In this document: in pieces, positions 10,908 through 20,149 of the stretch
How positions within the stretch are numbered: the stretch's first letter is position 1
Layout of the letters: each line of letters starts with the position of its first letter
NCBI GenBank assembly: GCA_963743635.1
Contig: CAVUQO010000002.1
Span: 64,001 to 128,000, forward strand
Reading direction: 5' to 3'
Length of the DNA stretch: 64,000 bases
From: Candidatus Babeliales bacterium
Lineage (GTDB): Bacteria; Babelota; Babeliae; Babelales; Vermiphilaceae
Position numbers and translations under genes: made by a program
Notes under the pieces: generated by a model
Seen by the model: the letters and a program-made list of their open reading frames with translations, nothing else
Database searches by the model: none
What the model was told of the DNA's origin: nothing

Positions 10908-12251
10908 TTATTGGTTCCGTTTAGAATCACCAGGCTTTGAGACGTAGTAATAGAAATAATAAGGTTCATCAATCGTTTCTTCGGTGCGCAATAACCCTGA
11001 TCGGACTATTTGCATGGCCCAGTCAGTATCTTCGCCACGATTTTTTTCAGGAAAAGTAAATTGTACCGCTATGGATCTTCTTATTGGATTTAGGTGATTA
11101 GGGGGTCTGAAATATGTATTATTTTTTTCAAAATAGCTTTTATATTCAATAGAGTGAATAAATTTTTTGGGTCTTTGGTCATTAGACCTGATGATGCCAT
11201 TGAGATTTACGCAGTCAGGATGGTCACCCAATTTTGTAGCTATAAGCTCTATGTATTTATCATGAATATCATCGTCATCATCAATGAAGCTAACATATTT
11301 ACCTTTGCTTTGTTCGAGAAGGACATTGCGTTTGTGGCCTACAGTGTGTTCTCCTCGTTTGTCTTTAAAGTAAAGGACCTCAATATGATCTTGAAGATCT
11401 AGATCTTGTATTTGTTTAGTGAGTTTTTCATATAAAGCAGTAAAGGATGCTTTTCTTTCTTCGATGGTGCAAATTAGTATACTCCATAATTTCGGAGTTG
11501 CCCGCTCTATCTCTTTCTGGGGCAGATCAAAAAAGTTTACGCCTCGCTGTGCAAAGATTATTTTATCTTGGTTATGATACGTTTCATTTTTTTTATACAG
11601 ATTATCTTTGGGTGCAAGATGCCATGTGTGGTGATTATGCTTCATAAGAACTTGATCAACAACCTTTTCCTTTTTGAGTATTTTGGAAACATTAGTGAGT
11701 TCAACATCACATACGAGTGCTTTGTATGCAGGATGATATATGTAGCCAAAACGTTTATAATATTTGCCTCCCAGGATGGGGATGGTATTACATTGTCTGC
11801 CAACTTTGCCATCATTAATATTTAATACGCCATCAAAATCGGGAAATGCTTCTTTCATATTCTGAAACAGGATGGCATCAAAATTTTTCACTACCGGTAC
11901 TATGTCATCCGATGCGACGATGAGCATATCAAAATCAAAATTATTAACATCTTTATTATATGCCTCTACTTTTGAAGTGCAGTTGCCAAAGCTAAAGACT
12001 AAATTGGGATATCTTTTCAACTTTTTGATGACATCCTTATTATTCATACTGGTGTCATCTCGGTCGCACGTGATTAAAAAGGTGAAGGAAAGTGTATGAG
12101 AAAGATTTTCATAATAAGTATCAAGATTTTTAAAAAACTGATCAGGTCTTGAGCGCGTAGGTATTTTGATCAATAATGTGGAGTAGTTAGCAGATATTTC
12201 GAATGAGCTTAACAGTAACATATATAATAAAAATTTTTTGATAAGGTACAT
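10908..12251 (-). CDS. Secreted two-domain glycosyltransferase (paralog of 3815..5104)
   Basis: PTRSRP, ASDD, then WSILICT/FIDDDD/EDTDW motifs. Confidence 0.75.
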   Translation of the reverse strand: MYLIKKFLLYMLLLSSFEISANYSTLLIKIPTRSRPDQFFKNLDTYYENLSHTLSFTFLITCDRDDTSMNNKDVIKKLKRYPNLVFSFGNCTSKVEAYNKDVNNFDFDMLIVASDDIVPVVKNFDAILFQNMKEAFPDFDGVLNINDGKVGRQCNTIPILGGKYYKRFGYIYHPAYKALVCDVELTNVSKILKKEKVVDQVLMKHNHHTWHLAPKDNLYKKNETYHNQDKIIFAQRGVNFFDLPQKEIERATPKLWSILICTIEERKASFTALYEKLTKQIQDLDLQDHIEVLYFKDKRGEHTVGHKRNVLLEQSKGKYVSFIDDDDDIHDKYIELIATKLGDHPDCVNLNGIIRSNDQRPKKFIHSIEYKSYFEKNNTYFRPPNHLNPIRRSIAVQFTFPEKNRGEDTDWAMQIVRSGLLRTEETIDEPYYFYYYVSKPGDSKRNQ

Positions 12252-12395
12252 AGAAGCATTCCCATTTTTGTAAAAAGTTCATTACAGAGATCAACGATAT
12301 TTTTTTCAAAAACAATATAGCGTAATTATTATATTGTCTACTAAAAGCTATTGACAAAGCTCTTCGCTAGTTAGACTTTTTTTAATCTTCTTTTC

Positions 12396-13955
12396 TTACT
12401 TCCCACCACGTGCTAATGATTCAACGAGATCCACCAATAAGCGGACGCCGAAGGCGGGGGCGGAATGGCCTGTATATTCGCGCACTGTTTTTGCGCCAGC
12501 GATGTCGATATGCAGCCATGGGGTGTCCTCCACAAATTGTTGTAAGAAGCATCCTGCCATTTGTGTTTGTGCGGTGCGACTATGGAGCGGTGCGTTGCGC
12601 AGATCGGCGATGTCTGATTGCAGGCGGGCAGTATACTCATTATTGAGTGGCATTTGCCAAACGAGTTCTCCAGTGCGGGCGGCTGATTGCTCTGCGCATT
12701 CGATCAACGCAGTGTCATTGCTCATGATTGCCGCATAACAACCGCCAAAGGTTTGTTTGCATGCATCAGTGAGTGTAGCGATATCAATAATGTAGTCTGG
12801 ATTATGGCGCGTGATTGCATACGTAATTGCGTCTGCAAGAATCAAATTACCTATTACTTTACCGTCTGTTATTTCGACTATGCTTTCATTAGACATGCTG
12901 ATAAGATCGCCAGTTTTGAGTGCAGATTCATTCATGCTTTGTTGCACGAGTGGGGCAATTACGAGGATGTTAGCCGGTATATTGCGATACGCGAAAACGT
13001 TGAGTGCCGTGAATACTGCAGCAGCGCCTGATGCATCTATGCTCGGTTCGTTGACGTTATGCGTAATGCCACTGCCAATGAGTGCAATGGTAGGAACATT
13101 CGGACGTCGTGATTTGAGGTAGTGTGTTACCAATGCGCAGGGTTCATCAGATCCTTGTGAAGCGCCAATTAAACCACCCATTCCCATGCGTGCTATGTCT
13201 GCTTTTTCAAAAATGATCGTTTCAATTTTGGCGATATAGGGAAGAATATACTGCGCTGAGGTTGCGGCAAGTTTGGTGGGGCTCAGCGTATGCGCGGGCG
13301 TATTAATCCAATCGCGCGCTTGGCATATTGAAATGCCTAAATTCGATCCGATACGCAGACCGATATTGACGTCTTTAAAATCATTAGGTGTCTGCATGTG
13401 TGCGTGAACACAGACTCGTTTAACGGCAGGCGCAATTTTTACGTTTTTGACTGCGTTATATTCATAGAGACTAATGTAGGTGATGGTGGCAATCTCTTGA
13501 GCAATTTCTTTCATCGTAGCATCTACGCAGGAAGGAAGGGCTATATGCACGGTGTCGATGCCCCTTTTTGAGGCTTCTTGCAGTGCGCGTCCAAGGCAGC
13601 GTCGAAAAGCTTCTATAGTAATTGGTCCATTGAGCGTTGAGCCAAGGCTGCTTGCAATAATGGTATGGTGAGAATCAGAAAAAAATGCCGTTTCTGCTGC
13701 ATCGGCGCTAAAATCGTTCTCTTCGAGAAGCGAGGGCAGCTGGTTGTACAGCTCGGGTAACTGAGCGGCAAACCCACCGCTGATCTCTCGATCATTGTCG
13801 GCCGCTTGATAGACAGGGACAATGAGGGCCTCATTATTATATTGTTCTGTGTCTGCGGTGGAATCATGAATATCGAATATAAAATCGCGGTCTGCATTGA
13901 TGATAAGAGTGATTGAGAGAGAGAGCAAAAGACTGGTGATGAGAGCTTTTTTCAT
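12396..13955 (-). CDS. M17 leucyl aminopeptidase (PepA)-like protein with signal peptide and degenerate active site
   Basis: ARDWINTP, LILADA, IDIATLT, GELVWQMPL and WLHIDIAG are present; the catalytic GKGITFD and NTDAEGR motifs are degenerate. Confidence 0.8.
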   Translation of the reverse strand: MKKALITSLLLSLSITLIINADRDFIFDIHDSTADTEQYNNEALIVPVYQAADNDREISGGFAAQLPELYNQLPSLLEENDFSADAAETAFFSDSHHTIIASSLGSTLNGPITIEAFRRCLGRALQEASKRGIDTVHIALPSCVDATMKEIAQEIATITYISLYEYNAVKNVKIAPAVKRVCVHAHMQTPNDFKDVNIGLRIGSNLGISICQARDWINTPAHTLSPTKLAATSAQYILPYIAKIETIIFEKADIARMGMGGLIGASQGSDEPCALVTHYLKSRRPNVPTIALIGSGITHNVNEPSIDASGAAAVFTALNVFAYRNIPANILVIAPLVQQSMNESALKTGDLISMSNESIVEITDGKVIGNLILADAITYAITRHNPDYIIDIATLTDACKQTFGGCYAAIMSNDTALIECAEQSAARTGELVWQMPLNNEYTARLQSDIADLRNAPLHSRTAQTQMAGCFLQQFVEDTPWLHIDIAGAKTVREYTGHSAPAFGVRLLVDLVESLARGGK

Positions 13956-14135
13956 GGTAAAATCTTTCCTTTTTTAAAACTAATTCTGGCTGTTTTTAGG
14001 ATTATCATAGGATGGATGTGTATAGCAAGGGAAGGGAGAAAATCCGTCTAAAATGAAGCCTTCGACCAGGAAGGGTTGACTAAATTATCCAGTGCTTCAT
14101 GCTTAATATAAAGCACTTTTTTAAGGATTTAAGAT

Positions 14136-14870
14136 ATGAAATTAGGCATTGTTATTCCCGCCTATAATGAAGAAAAACGTATTGGTGATACCTTACAGGC
14201 GTATTCTAAATTTTTTGCAGAACGGGCAGCCCAAGAAGGCTTTGAGTATGAGTTTATTGTGGTACTCAATGGCTGCAGGGATAATACCCTTCAGGTAGTG
14301 GAACAAGCAGCTGAGAAATTGGGTTCAATCCATGCGGTAAACCTTAAAGAGGCCGGCAAGGGGCTCGCTGTAAAAGAGGGATTTGCGCAGGCATTGGATC
14401 GTGGGCATACCCTTATTGGGTTCTTGGACGCTGATATGTCCACCGAGCCTGAGCATTTTTATGATCTGATCGCTCATGCGCATCGCAATGATGGGGCTAT
14501 TGCCAGCCGTTATTTACCGACTTCTAAGGTTTTTCCACCGCGTCCGGCAATGAAAACCTGGGGACGAAAAATTTTCTATAACGGGTTAACCCGTCTACTC
14601 TTTGGCCTACGTTTTGCAGATTATCAATGCGGCGCCAAGCTATTCAAACGGCCGGTTATTGCGGCCATAACGCCCCAACTTATGGTCAAACAGTGGGCGT
14701 TCGATGTCGAAGTTCTCTATTTGGCCAAAAAACATGGATTTATCATTCATGAAGAGCCGACCGTATGGACTGATAAAGCAGGGAGCAAGCTCCAGCCCTT
14801 TCGCGCTGGGATGTATATGCTCTGGTCTTTAATGGAACTGCGCTTCAAGCATTCACCGTTCAGCAGGTAA
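14136..14870 (+). CDS. Polyprenol/dolichyl-phosphate glycosyltransferase (GT2, DPG-synthase-like)
   Basis: VIPAYNEEKRI, GKGLAV, FLDADMS, DYQCGAKLF and WAFDVE motifs. Confidence 0.85.
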   Translation: MKLGIVIPAYNEEKRIGDTLQAYSKFFAERAAQEGFEYEFIVVLNGCRDNTLQVVEQAAEKLGSIHAVNLKEAGKGLAVKEGFAQALDRGHTLIGFLDADMSTEPEHFYDLIAHAHRNDGAIASRYLPTSKVFPPRPAMKTWGRKIFYNGLTRLLFGLRFADYQCGAKLFKRPVIAAITPQLMVKQWAFDVEVLYLAKKHGFIIHEEPTVWTDKAGSKLQPFRAGMYMLWSLMELRFKHSPFSR

Positions 14871-15052
14871 TCCGGACAGGTTTGGTACCCCATATCCCCG
14901 CCTTCAGGGGCTCATGTGGGGAAAACAGGGAGCTTGACTAAGGTTATGGGAAAAACCCCACCGATAAGCCGATCTGGAGGGGGCGGTTTATTTTGTTGCC
15001 TTCTATGCTATAATCTATATTAGAATTAATATAAGATTTTTAAGGAGTTTAT

Positions 15053-15658
15053 ATGAAGAAAATAATCTTAAGTTTACTATTGCTCCCCGGTATCGCCTTG
15101 GGGAATCAGCCGGCAGAACAAACAAATGATGAGCTTTCTGAGGTTACAACGAGCACAGTTTGCCGCCAAGCGGATGAGCCAAAAATAGTCGATTTGGTTC
15201 AACAATTATGGGATGCTCAATTTTATCAAGAAAGAGTATCGCCTGCCCTTGGTGTGGCTGCTGGCATTTCTACTTTTCCTGTTGCATTGTATAAACTGTT
15301 CAAAGTGGCTGAATCTGCATCTAATGTGCCGTGGTATAAGAATCATGTTGTTTTGCATCAATTTGTAACGATACCTTGCGCTGCGGGATGTATTGCTGCG
15401 ACAACCGCTTTTTTATGTTATAAAGCAATTAATAATTTCGTTATCGATGATCCTGCAACGGTAAAAGAGCAAATCAAAAGAAGAATTATTCAGGCAGATG
15501 GCCTTGAGTGTCTCACTGAAACGAGTAAGCAAGGGATTCCTCCACTTAACCGTTTAGGCTCTATGAAATTGTCTATTCTGAAAAGTAGTAAGAATGATGC
15601 AGGTGAATTGCATGCGCTCTTAAAACAGAAAATTTCGTTCCTGACCCCAAAAAAGTAA
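15053..15658 (+). CDS. Secreted/membrane hypothetical protein
   Basis: RBS aaggag; signal peptide; two hydrophobic segments. Confidence 0.65.
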   Translation: MKKIILSLLLLPGIALGNQPAEQTNDELSEVTTSTVCRQADEPKIVDLVQQLWDAQFYQERVSPALGVAAGISTFPVALYKLFKVAESASNVPWYKNHVVLHQFVTIPCAAGCIAATTAFLCYKAINNFVIDDPATVKEQIKRRIIQADGLECLTETSKQGIPPLNRLGSMKLSILKSSKNDAGELHALLKQKISFLTPKK

Positions 15659-15677
15659 TATCTTGCAAATAAACGTA

Positions 15678-15714
15678 ACGGGTGGTTGTTGTATATCAGC
15701 AACCACCCGTTTTT
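15678..15714 (+). terminator. Rho-independent terminator
   Basis: aacgggtggttg-loop-caaccacccgtt followed by T run. Confidence 0.75.
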
Positions 15715-15742
15715 GCGTCAAGAGGTAATGGAAATATAGTTA

Positions 15743-15975
15743 GTGAGCGAATTGTGAAATTCGGGTGACTAAAGATGGCTATGTTATTGTATTCCGTTAT
15801 CCCTCGCCACATTCTTCGCTTCATATTCATTCACCTCAGAACACTCGGGACGAACGGAAATGACAACCTTTCCCCGTTCGCCCTGAGTGATTTTTATTTT
15901 TGTCCGAAGGATAGAATAAAAATAGTGGCGAAGGGTAAGGGGAGCGCAGCGTCTTGAATTTCACAATTCGCTCAC
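15743..15975. mobile_element. MITE-like element with perfect 20-bp terminal inverted repeats enclosing a REP-like doublet
   Basis: gtgagcgaattgtgaaattc (15743-15762) and its reverse complement (15956-15975); internal ctcgggacgaacgg / ccgttcgccctgag. Confidence 0.65.
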
Positions 15976-16074
15976 AAGTATAGTTAGTTATAGGCGTTAA
16001 ATAATTGATGTTATGTCATTATCGCTTATACTATACGCGATGTAATTTAATCATATTTCATGATGAGGCTTCAT

Positions 16075-16593
16075 ATGAAAAAAATGTTTTTAGGCTTGTT
16101 GATGGTGCCATGTCTCGCATTTGGTATGGATGATCAAGCGCCGCAGCAACAAGTTGCCGAGAAGCCGGTTCTCGCACTTATCAATAAAATTCGTCAAGCA
16201 AGGCGCGATCGGTATTGGCCGGGGCTAGTGCCTGCGACAGTAGGCTATATTGGCGGGATGCTCTTTGGGGTTGGTGCAGCAATTCAAGGTGACATACGTT
16301 CAGTCGAAGATGCTCAAGTGACCATCTATTCTGGAGTTTATGTTGGGGAAGTTCTGGCGCATATGACGTTGGGTAAGTTATTGGGCGTTAACAAGCTGTA
16401 TGCAACAGAGCAAGAAGCAAAAACCGAGTTATATGAGCGCCTTGAAAGAGAGAAGAATGATGTTGCTGAATTGTGTGAATGTAAACAACTTGTTGATGAC
16501 AATATGAGATGGGATTTGACCTCTTATCATGATGCTTATAAGATCAGCGATGCGCTAGACGTTGCATTAGCAAAAACAGGCAATAATAATTAA
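16075..16593 (+). CDS. Secreted/membrane hypothetical protein, probable distant paralog of 15053..15658
   Basis: Similar signal peptide (MKKMFLGLLMVPCLAFG), hydrophobic hairpin and a related terminator. Confidence 0.6.
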   Translation: MKKMFLGLLMVPCLAFGMDDQAPQQQVAEKPVLALINKIRQARRDRYWPGLVPATVGYIGGMLFGVGAAIQGDIRSVEDAQVTIYSGVYVGEVLAHMTLGKLLGVNKLYATEQEAKTELYERLEREKNDVAELCECKQLVDDNMRWDLTSYHDAYKISDALDVALAKTGNNN

Positions 16594-16619
16594 TTATAAA
16601 ATCCAGGCAAAAATAAACG

Positions 16620-16661
16620 TAACGGATGGTTCTATACCAAGAGCCATCCGTTATTTTTTTT
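16620..16661 (+). terminator. Rho-independent terminator
   Basis: taacggatggttc-loop-gagccatccgtta followed by T run. Confidence 0.75.
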
Positions 16662-16707
16662 ATTCTACTTCGCAAAAGACCACATACTTGTAGCATGTCG
16701 ATGGAGG

Positions 16708-16796
16708 CGAATAGAATAACCCGACGAAGCAAAACACTTCCTGAGGTATTACTTCCGTCTTCGCCCTACGGGCTTCTTCGGACACGTCGAAGTATT
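16708..16796. repeat. Dispersed palindromic repeat; inverted copy at 34757..34845
   Basis: aaaacacttcctgaggta..cttccgtcttc..gggcttcttcggacacgtcgaagtatt matches the reverse complement of 34757..34845. Confidence 0.8.
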
Positions 16797-16837
16797 GGCG
16801 AAGCTGGGTCAAATTAATTTTGTGCGATACAAGGGTT

Positions 16838-17518
16838 TTAATCCGTTGAGCGCTTCATCACGCTGATCGCGTACAAGGCGCCACAAGGAAGCCATGTCAG
16901 ATAGCATTCAAGTATGCGCATGTTGCTCAAAAAATTTGGGAAGAAATCATAAAATCTCGTGGTTACCATGCCATATTGCTTGAGTAGTCGGCGCAATTTC
17001 CATGGCGCTATGAGCCGTGCATCCTTTTCGTACGGATTTGTTTTGAAGCGATAGACGGTTGCAAGATTGAGTGGATTAAGTTCAAAAATTATGAACGTGC
17101 CGCCCGGCTTTAATACGCGCATGAGTTCAGCGCAATAGGCTGCATGCTCTTCGCGCGGTATGTGGTGAAAAACTTCGGTTGCGTAGATAAGATCGAATGC
17201 GTCATTGGGAAATGTAAGTGAACCGGTGAACGTGGTAAATTGAATTCCTTCATACATATCTTTTGCAAGCGCGATATGCTCGGCAGAGGGATCGATGCCA
17301 TATATCGTTGCATTCACAAATATGTGTTGCACGAATGAGGTCATAAGCCCGTCGCCGCAGCCAAAATCCAGTATCGATAGTTTTTGTGTATGTTTTTCGG
17401 GAAACCATGAGGCTAATTTTTGCGCCTGATATTCGGCAAAAAAGGTAGCCGCGTCTCCGGAGATTGCGCGAGATTTGGCTACGTTTTCTTGGTATGAATG
17501 TTGGTTGTTTTTAATCAA
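16838..17518 (-). CDS. Class I SAM-dependent methyltransferase
   Basis: ILDFGCGDG, FDLI, FHHI and RVLKPGG motifs. Confidence 0.9.
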   Translation of the reverse strand: MIKNNQHSYQENVAKSRAISGDAATFFAEYQAQKLASWFPEKHTQKLSILDFGCGDGLMTSFVQHIFVNATIYGIDPSAEHIALAKDMYEGIQFTTFTGSLTFPNDAFDLIYATEVFHHIPREEHAAYCAELMRVLKPGGTFIIFELNPLNLATVYRFKTNPYEKDARLIAPWKLRRLLKQYGMVTTRFYDFFPNFLSNMRILECYLTWLPCGALYAISVMKRSTD

Positions 17519-17520
17519 AC

Positions 17521-18756
17521 TTACAATCCAAGCTTAAAATCATGACACAATCTTTCAACTGCATCCGCACGTCGCTTGATTGCCGTATCATCCGTGTGAT
17601 GCATGAGTATATCATCGATCAGTTGAGCAATTTCTTGTGCTTGCTGAATCATCATGCCGCGCGTGGTAATCGCCGGCGTTCCGATGCGAATGCCACTCGT
17701 AATCCATGGTTTTTCTGTGTCAAAAGGAACACAACTTCGGCTGATGGTGATGCCAGCTTTAGAGAGTGCTACTTCAGCTTGTCGGCCGGTCATATTTTTC
17801 GAGCGAAGATCTAACACAAAAAGATGATTATCGGTGCCATCGCTGACGATGCGATAGCCAAGATCTTTAAACGTATGTGCCATTGCTTGCGCATTAGCGA
17901 TCACTTGACGTTGGTAATCTACAAAATCTGGTTGTTGTGCAAGATGGAAAGCAACTGCTTTTGCGGCAATAACATTCATGAAAGGACCACCTTGTAGCCC
18001 TGGCATAATTGCTTTATCGAGCCGTTCTGCGTGTTCTTGTTTGCACATAACCAGGCCGCCGCGTGGTCCGCGTAATGTTTTATGGGTAGTTGAACTCACA
18101 AAATCGGCATGAGGAAATGGATTAGGATGAAGTTGTGCTGCAATGAGGCCTGCAATGTGAGCGATATCGGCAAGTAAATAAGCGTTCACTCCGTGTGCGA
18201 TTTCAGCCATTCGTTTAAAATCGATGGTGCGTGAATATGCAGATGCCCCAACAACGATCAATTTTGGCTTGTGTTGCGCGGCAAGTAGTTCAATAGCATC
18301 ATAATCCAATCGTTCGGTATCTTTGTGTACGGTGTATTGCACTGCGTGGTAGAAGGTGCCTGAAAAGTTGACTTTATGTCCGTGCGTTAAATGTCCCCCT
18401 TCTGCCAAACTCATCCCCATAATCGTGTCACCTGGTTGTAAAGCCGAGAAATAGACTGCCATATTGGCTTGTGACCCAGCGTGGGGTTGAACATTGACAT
18501 GTTCTGCGCCGAACAATGTTTTGCAGCGTTCAATCGCAAGAAGTTCTGCTTCATCAACAAACTGGCATCCGGCATAGTATCGCTTGCCCGGATAACCTTC
18601 TGCATATTTATTAGTCAATTTTGAGCCTGTTGCTTCCATGACTGCAGCAGGGGCATAATTTTCTGATGCGATAAGATTTATTTCGTGTGCTTGGCGTTGC
18701 CCTTCATGCTCGATAATCTGCGCGATAAGGGGGTCAACTGATAATAATTCTTTCAT
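17521..18756 (-). CDS. glyA: Serine hydroxymethyltransferase
   Basis: LIASEN, NKYAEGYPGKRYY, GGHLTHG and TTHKTLRGPRGG motifs. Confidence 0.98.
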   Translation of the reverse strand: MKELLSVDPLIAQIIEHEGQRQAHEINLIASENYAPAAVMEATGSKLTNKYAEGYPGKRYYAGCQFVDEAELLAIERCKTLFGAEHVNVQPHAGSQANMAVYFSALQPGDTIMGMSLAEGGHLTHGHKVNFSGTFYHAVQYTVHKDTERLDYDAIELLAAQHKPKLIVVGASAYSRTIDFKRMAEIAHGVNAYLLADIAHIAGLIAAQLHPNPFPHADFVSSTTHKTLRGPRGGLVMCKQEHAERLDKAIMPGLQGGPFMNVIAAKAVAFHLAQQPDFVDYQRQVIANAQAMAHTFKDLGYRIVSDGTDNHLFVLDLRSKNMTGRQAEVALSKAGITISRSCVPFDTEKPWITSGIRIGTPAITTRGMMIQQAQEIAQLIDDILMHHTDDTAIKRRADAVERLCHDFKLGL

Positions 18757-18808
18757 TGGTTCCTTTGTGTTCCTCGGTACGGTTGACGCATGGTATCAGC
18801 GTATCTGT

Positions 18809-19849
18809 TTAGTGCATCAGCGCAAGAAGTTCTTCGTTGTTCCATTGATTAATGAGTGCGACGCCATTTTTGCAAATGAATCGATCAACATTATCAAGCA
18901 TAATAAAATTCGGATTTTTGTTTTTGGCAACCTTCTTTTTTTTACCGTGATCAATAATGGAAGCGATATGATCAACGTTGTTATCGCGAGCGCGATATTT
19001 ACGAAAATTATTTTCTAGTTTACCCATGAGCGTGGCGCCGATTGCGCAAATCCAGGCGACGCGGCCATCAGCAATACCAGCAAAATGATTCAGTTGATAC
19101 AGTTGGGCATGTGGCTTATTGTGTACGAGGGATTCTGGACGTAAACGGGTTGACTGTTCATGATCTGCAGCGTGTGGCGGTGTGCACATCACATAGCTCC
19201 AATGATGAAAGGTATATTTATATGAGTCATCAAGGCGATCATTAAAAATAATGAGTCGTTTATTATATTTTCTCATCCATCGCAGGGTCGGCCAATGGCC
19301 GTCATGGGCGTCAGGATTCCACATGGCCTGCGTAAGAATGTATTTGGATACCTGAGGAAGAGTGTTGAGTTCTTCATCGATCATATGCGGGCAGACCAAT
19401 GGATCTCGAATGCTATCAAGAAGCAGTATGACGACCTCTCGAGGATTTGCCTCGAGCCATTGGGCAAAGATATTCATGATCTCAGCAAATGATTCAAAGG
19501 CGCCAATTTTCTGAAATGCATAGAGGCCAGTGCATTGTTGATGGCATAGAAAGAGGGTATCGTTTTTGGCGCCAAGATCGAGCTCAAAGACGCGCACCCC
19601 GTGGGTAAGCTGTTCTTGAAGGTTCCAGGTTTGTTGGGCATATAAAAAGGTGCCCCATCGGGTATTGCATCGACGTGAAATTAATGCGTTATGGGCGCCA
19701 ACAAAATGGACTTGATCAAGCCGTAAGGCATCATGGGGAACGTACCAGCTGGTGATATTCTCGGGTACTATGGGCCCATCGGTATTGATATACCCAAGAC
19801 CTATGATGATACTGGCAGCAAGAAAGGCTGTTGTCGTTGTAATACGCAT
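18809..19849 (-). CDS. Secreted PI-PLC X-domain-like phosphodiesterase
   Basis: GAHNA, QLTHGVRVFELD, LCH, WLEANPREVVIL, WPTL and PNFIMLD motifs; N-terminal signal/anchor. Confidence 0.8.
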   Translation of the reverse strand: MRITTTTAFLAASIIIGLGYINTDGPIVPENITSWYVPHDALRLDQVHFVGAHNALISRRCNTRWGTFLYAQQTWNLQEQLTHGVRVFELDLGAKNDTLFLCHQQCTGLYAFQKIGAFESFAEIMNIFAQWLEANPREVVILLLDSIRDPLVCPHMIDEELNTLPQVSKYILTQAMWNPDAHDGHWPTLRWMRKYNKRLIIFNDRLDDSYKYTFHHWSYVMCTPPHAADHEQSTRLRPESLVHNKPHAQLYQLNHFAGIADGRVAWICAIGATLMGKLENNFRKYRARDNNVDHIASIIDHGKKKKVAKNKNPNFIMLDNVDRFICKNGVALINQWNNEELLALMH

Positions 19850-20149
19850 CGGAGTCCCGGGGTTCTAAACTTTTACACTCTATTTTCAGTATAGCCGGAT
19901 GGGTAAAAAAGGGTAGTAGTTGGAGATTTAAGCCCTTTTTGAGTGATTCTATGAGGCTTGTATAGGAGGGACTTTTTGAATTCCGGAGTTTTTCCAATCA
20001 AAGTGAATATTTACGGTTTCATTCATAATGCCGCTCAAAATCAATGGTATTATGAATGAAACTGATAATGAAAGGTCTTGCCGATCATTAATGTAAATCA
20101 AATATAAAGCATTCCCAATAGTTGTCGTCATCAATTTTTTGCGAACGAT

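Noticed and set aside
15775..15957. Short ORFs within repeat regions (also 16626..16817, 42996..43205, 38142..38384)
   Set aside because: They coincide with palindromic repeats, lack an RBS and show no recognisable protein features.
19926..19953. 28-bp repeat as a Xer dif site
   Set aside because: Length fits and one end reads ttaaat on the minus strand, but the XerC/XerD arm consensus and internal palindromy are otherwise absent.
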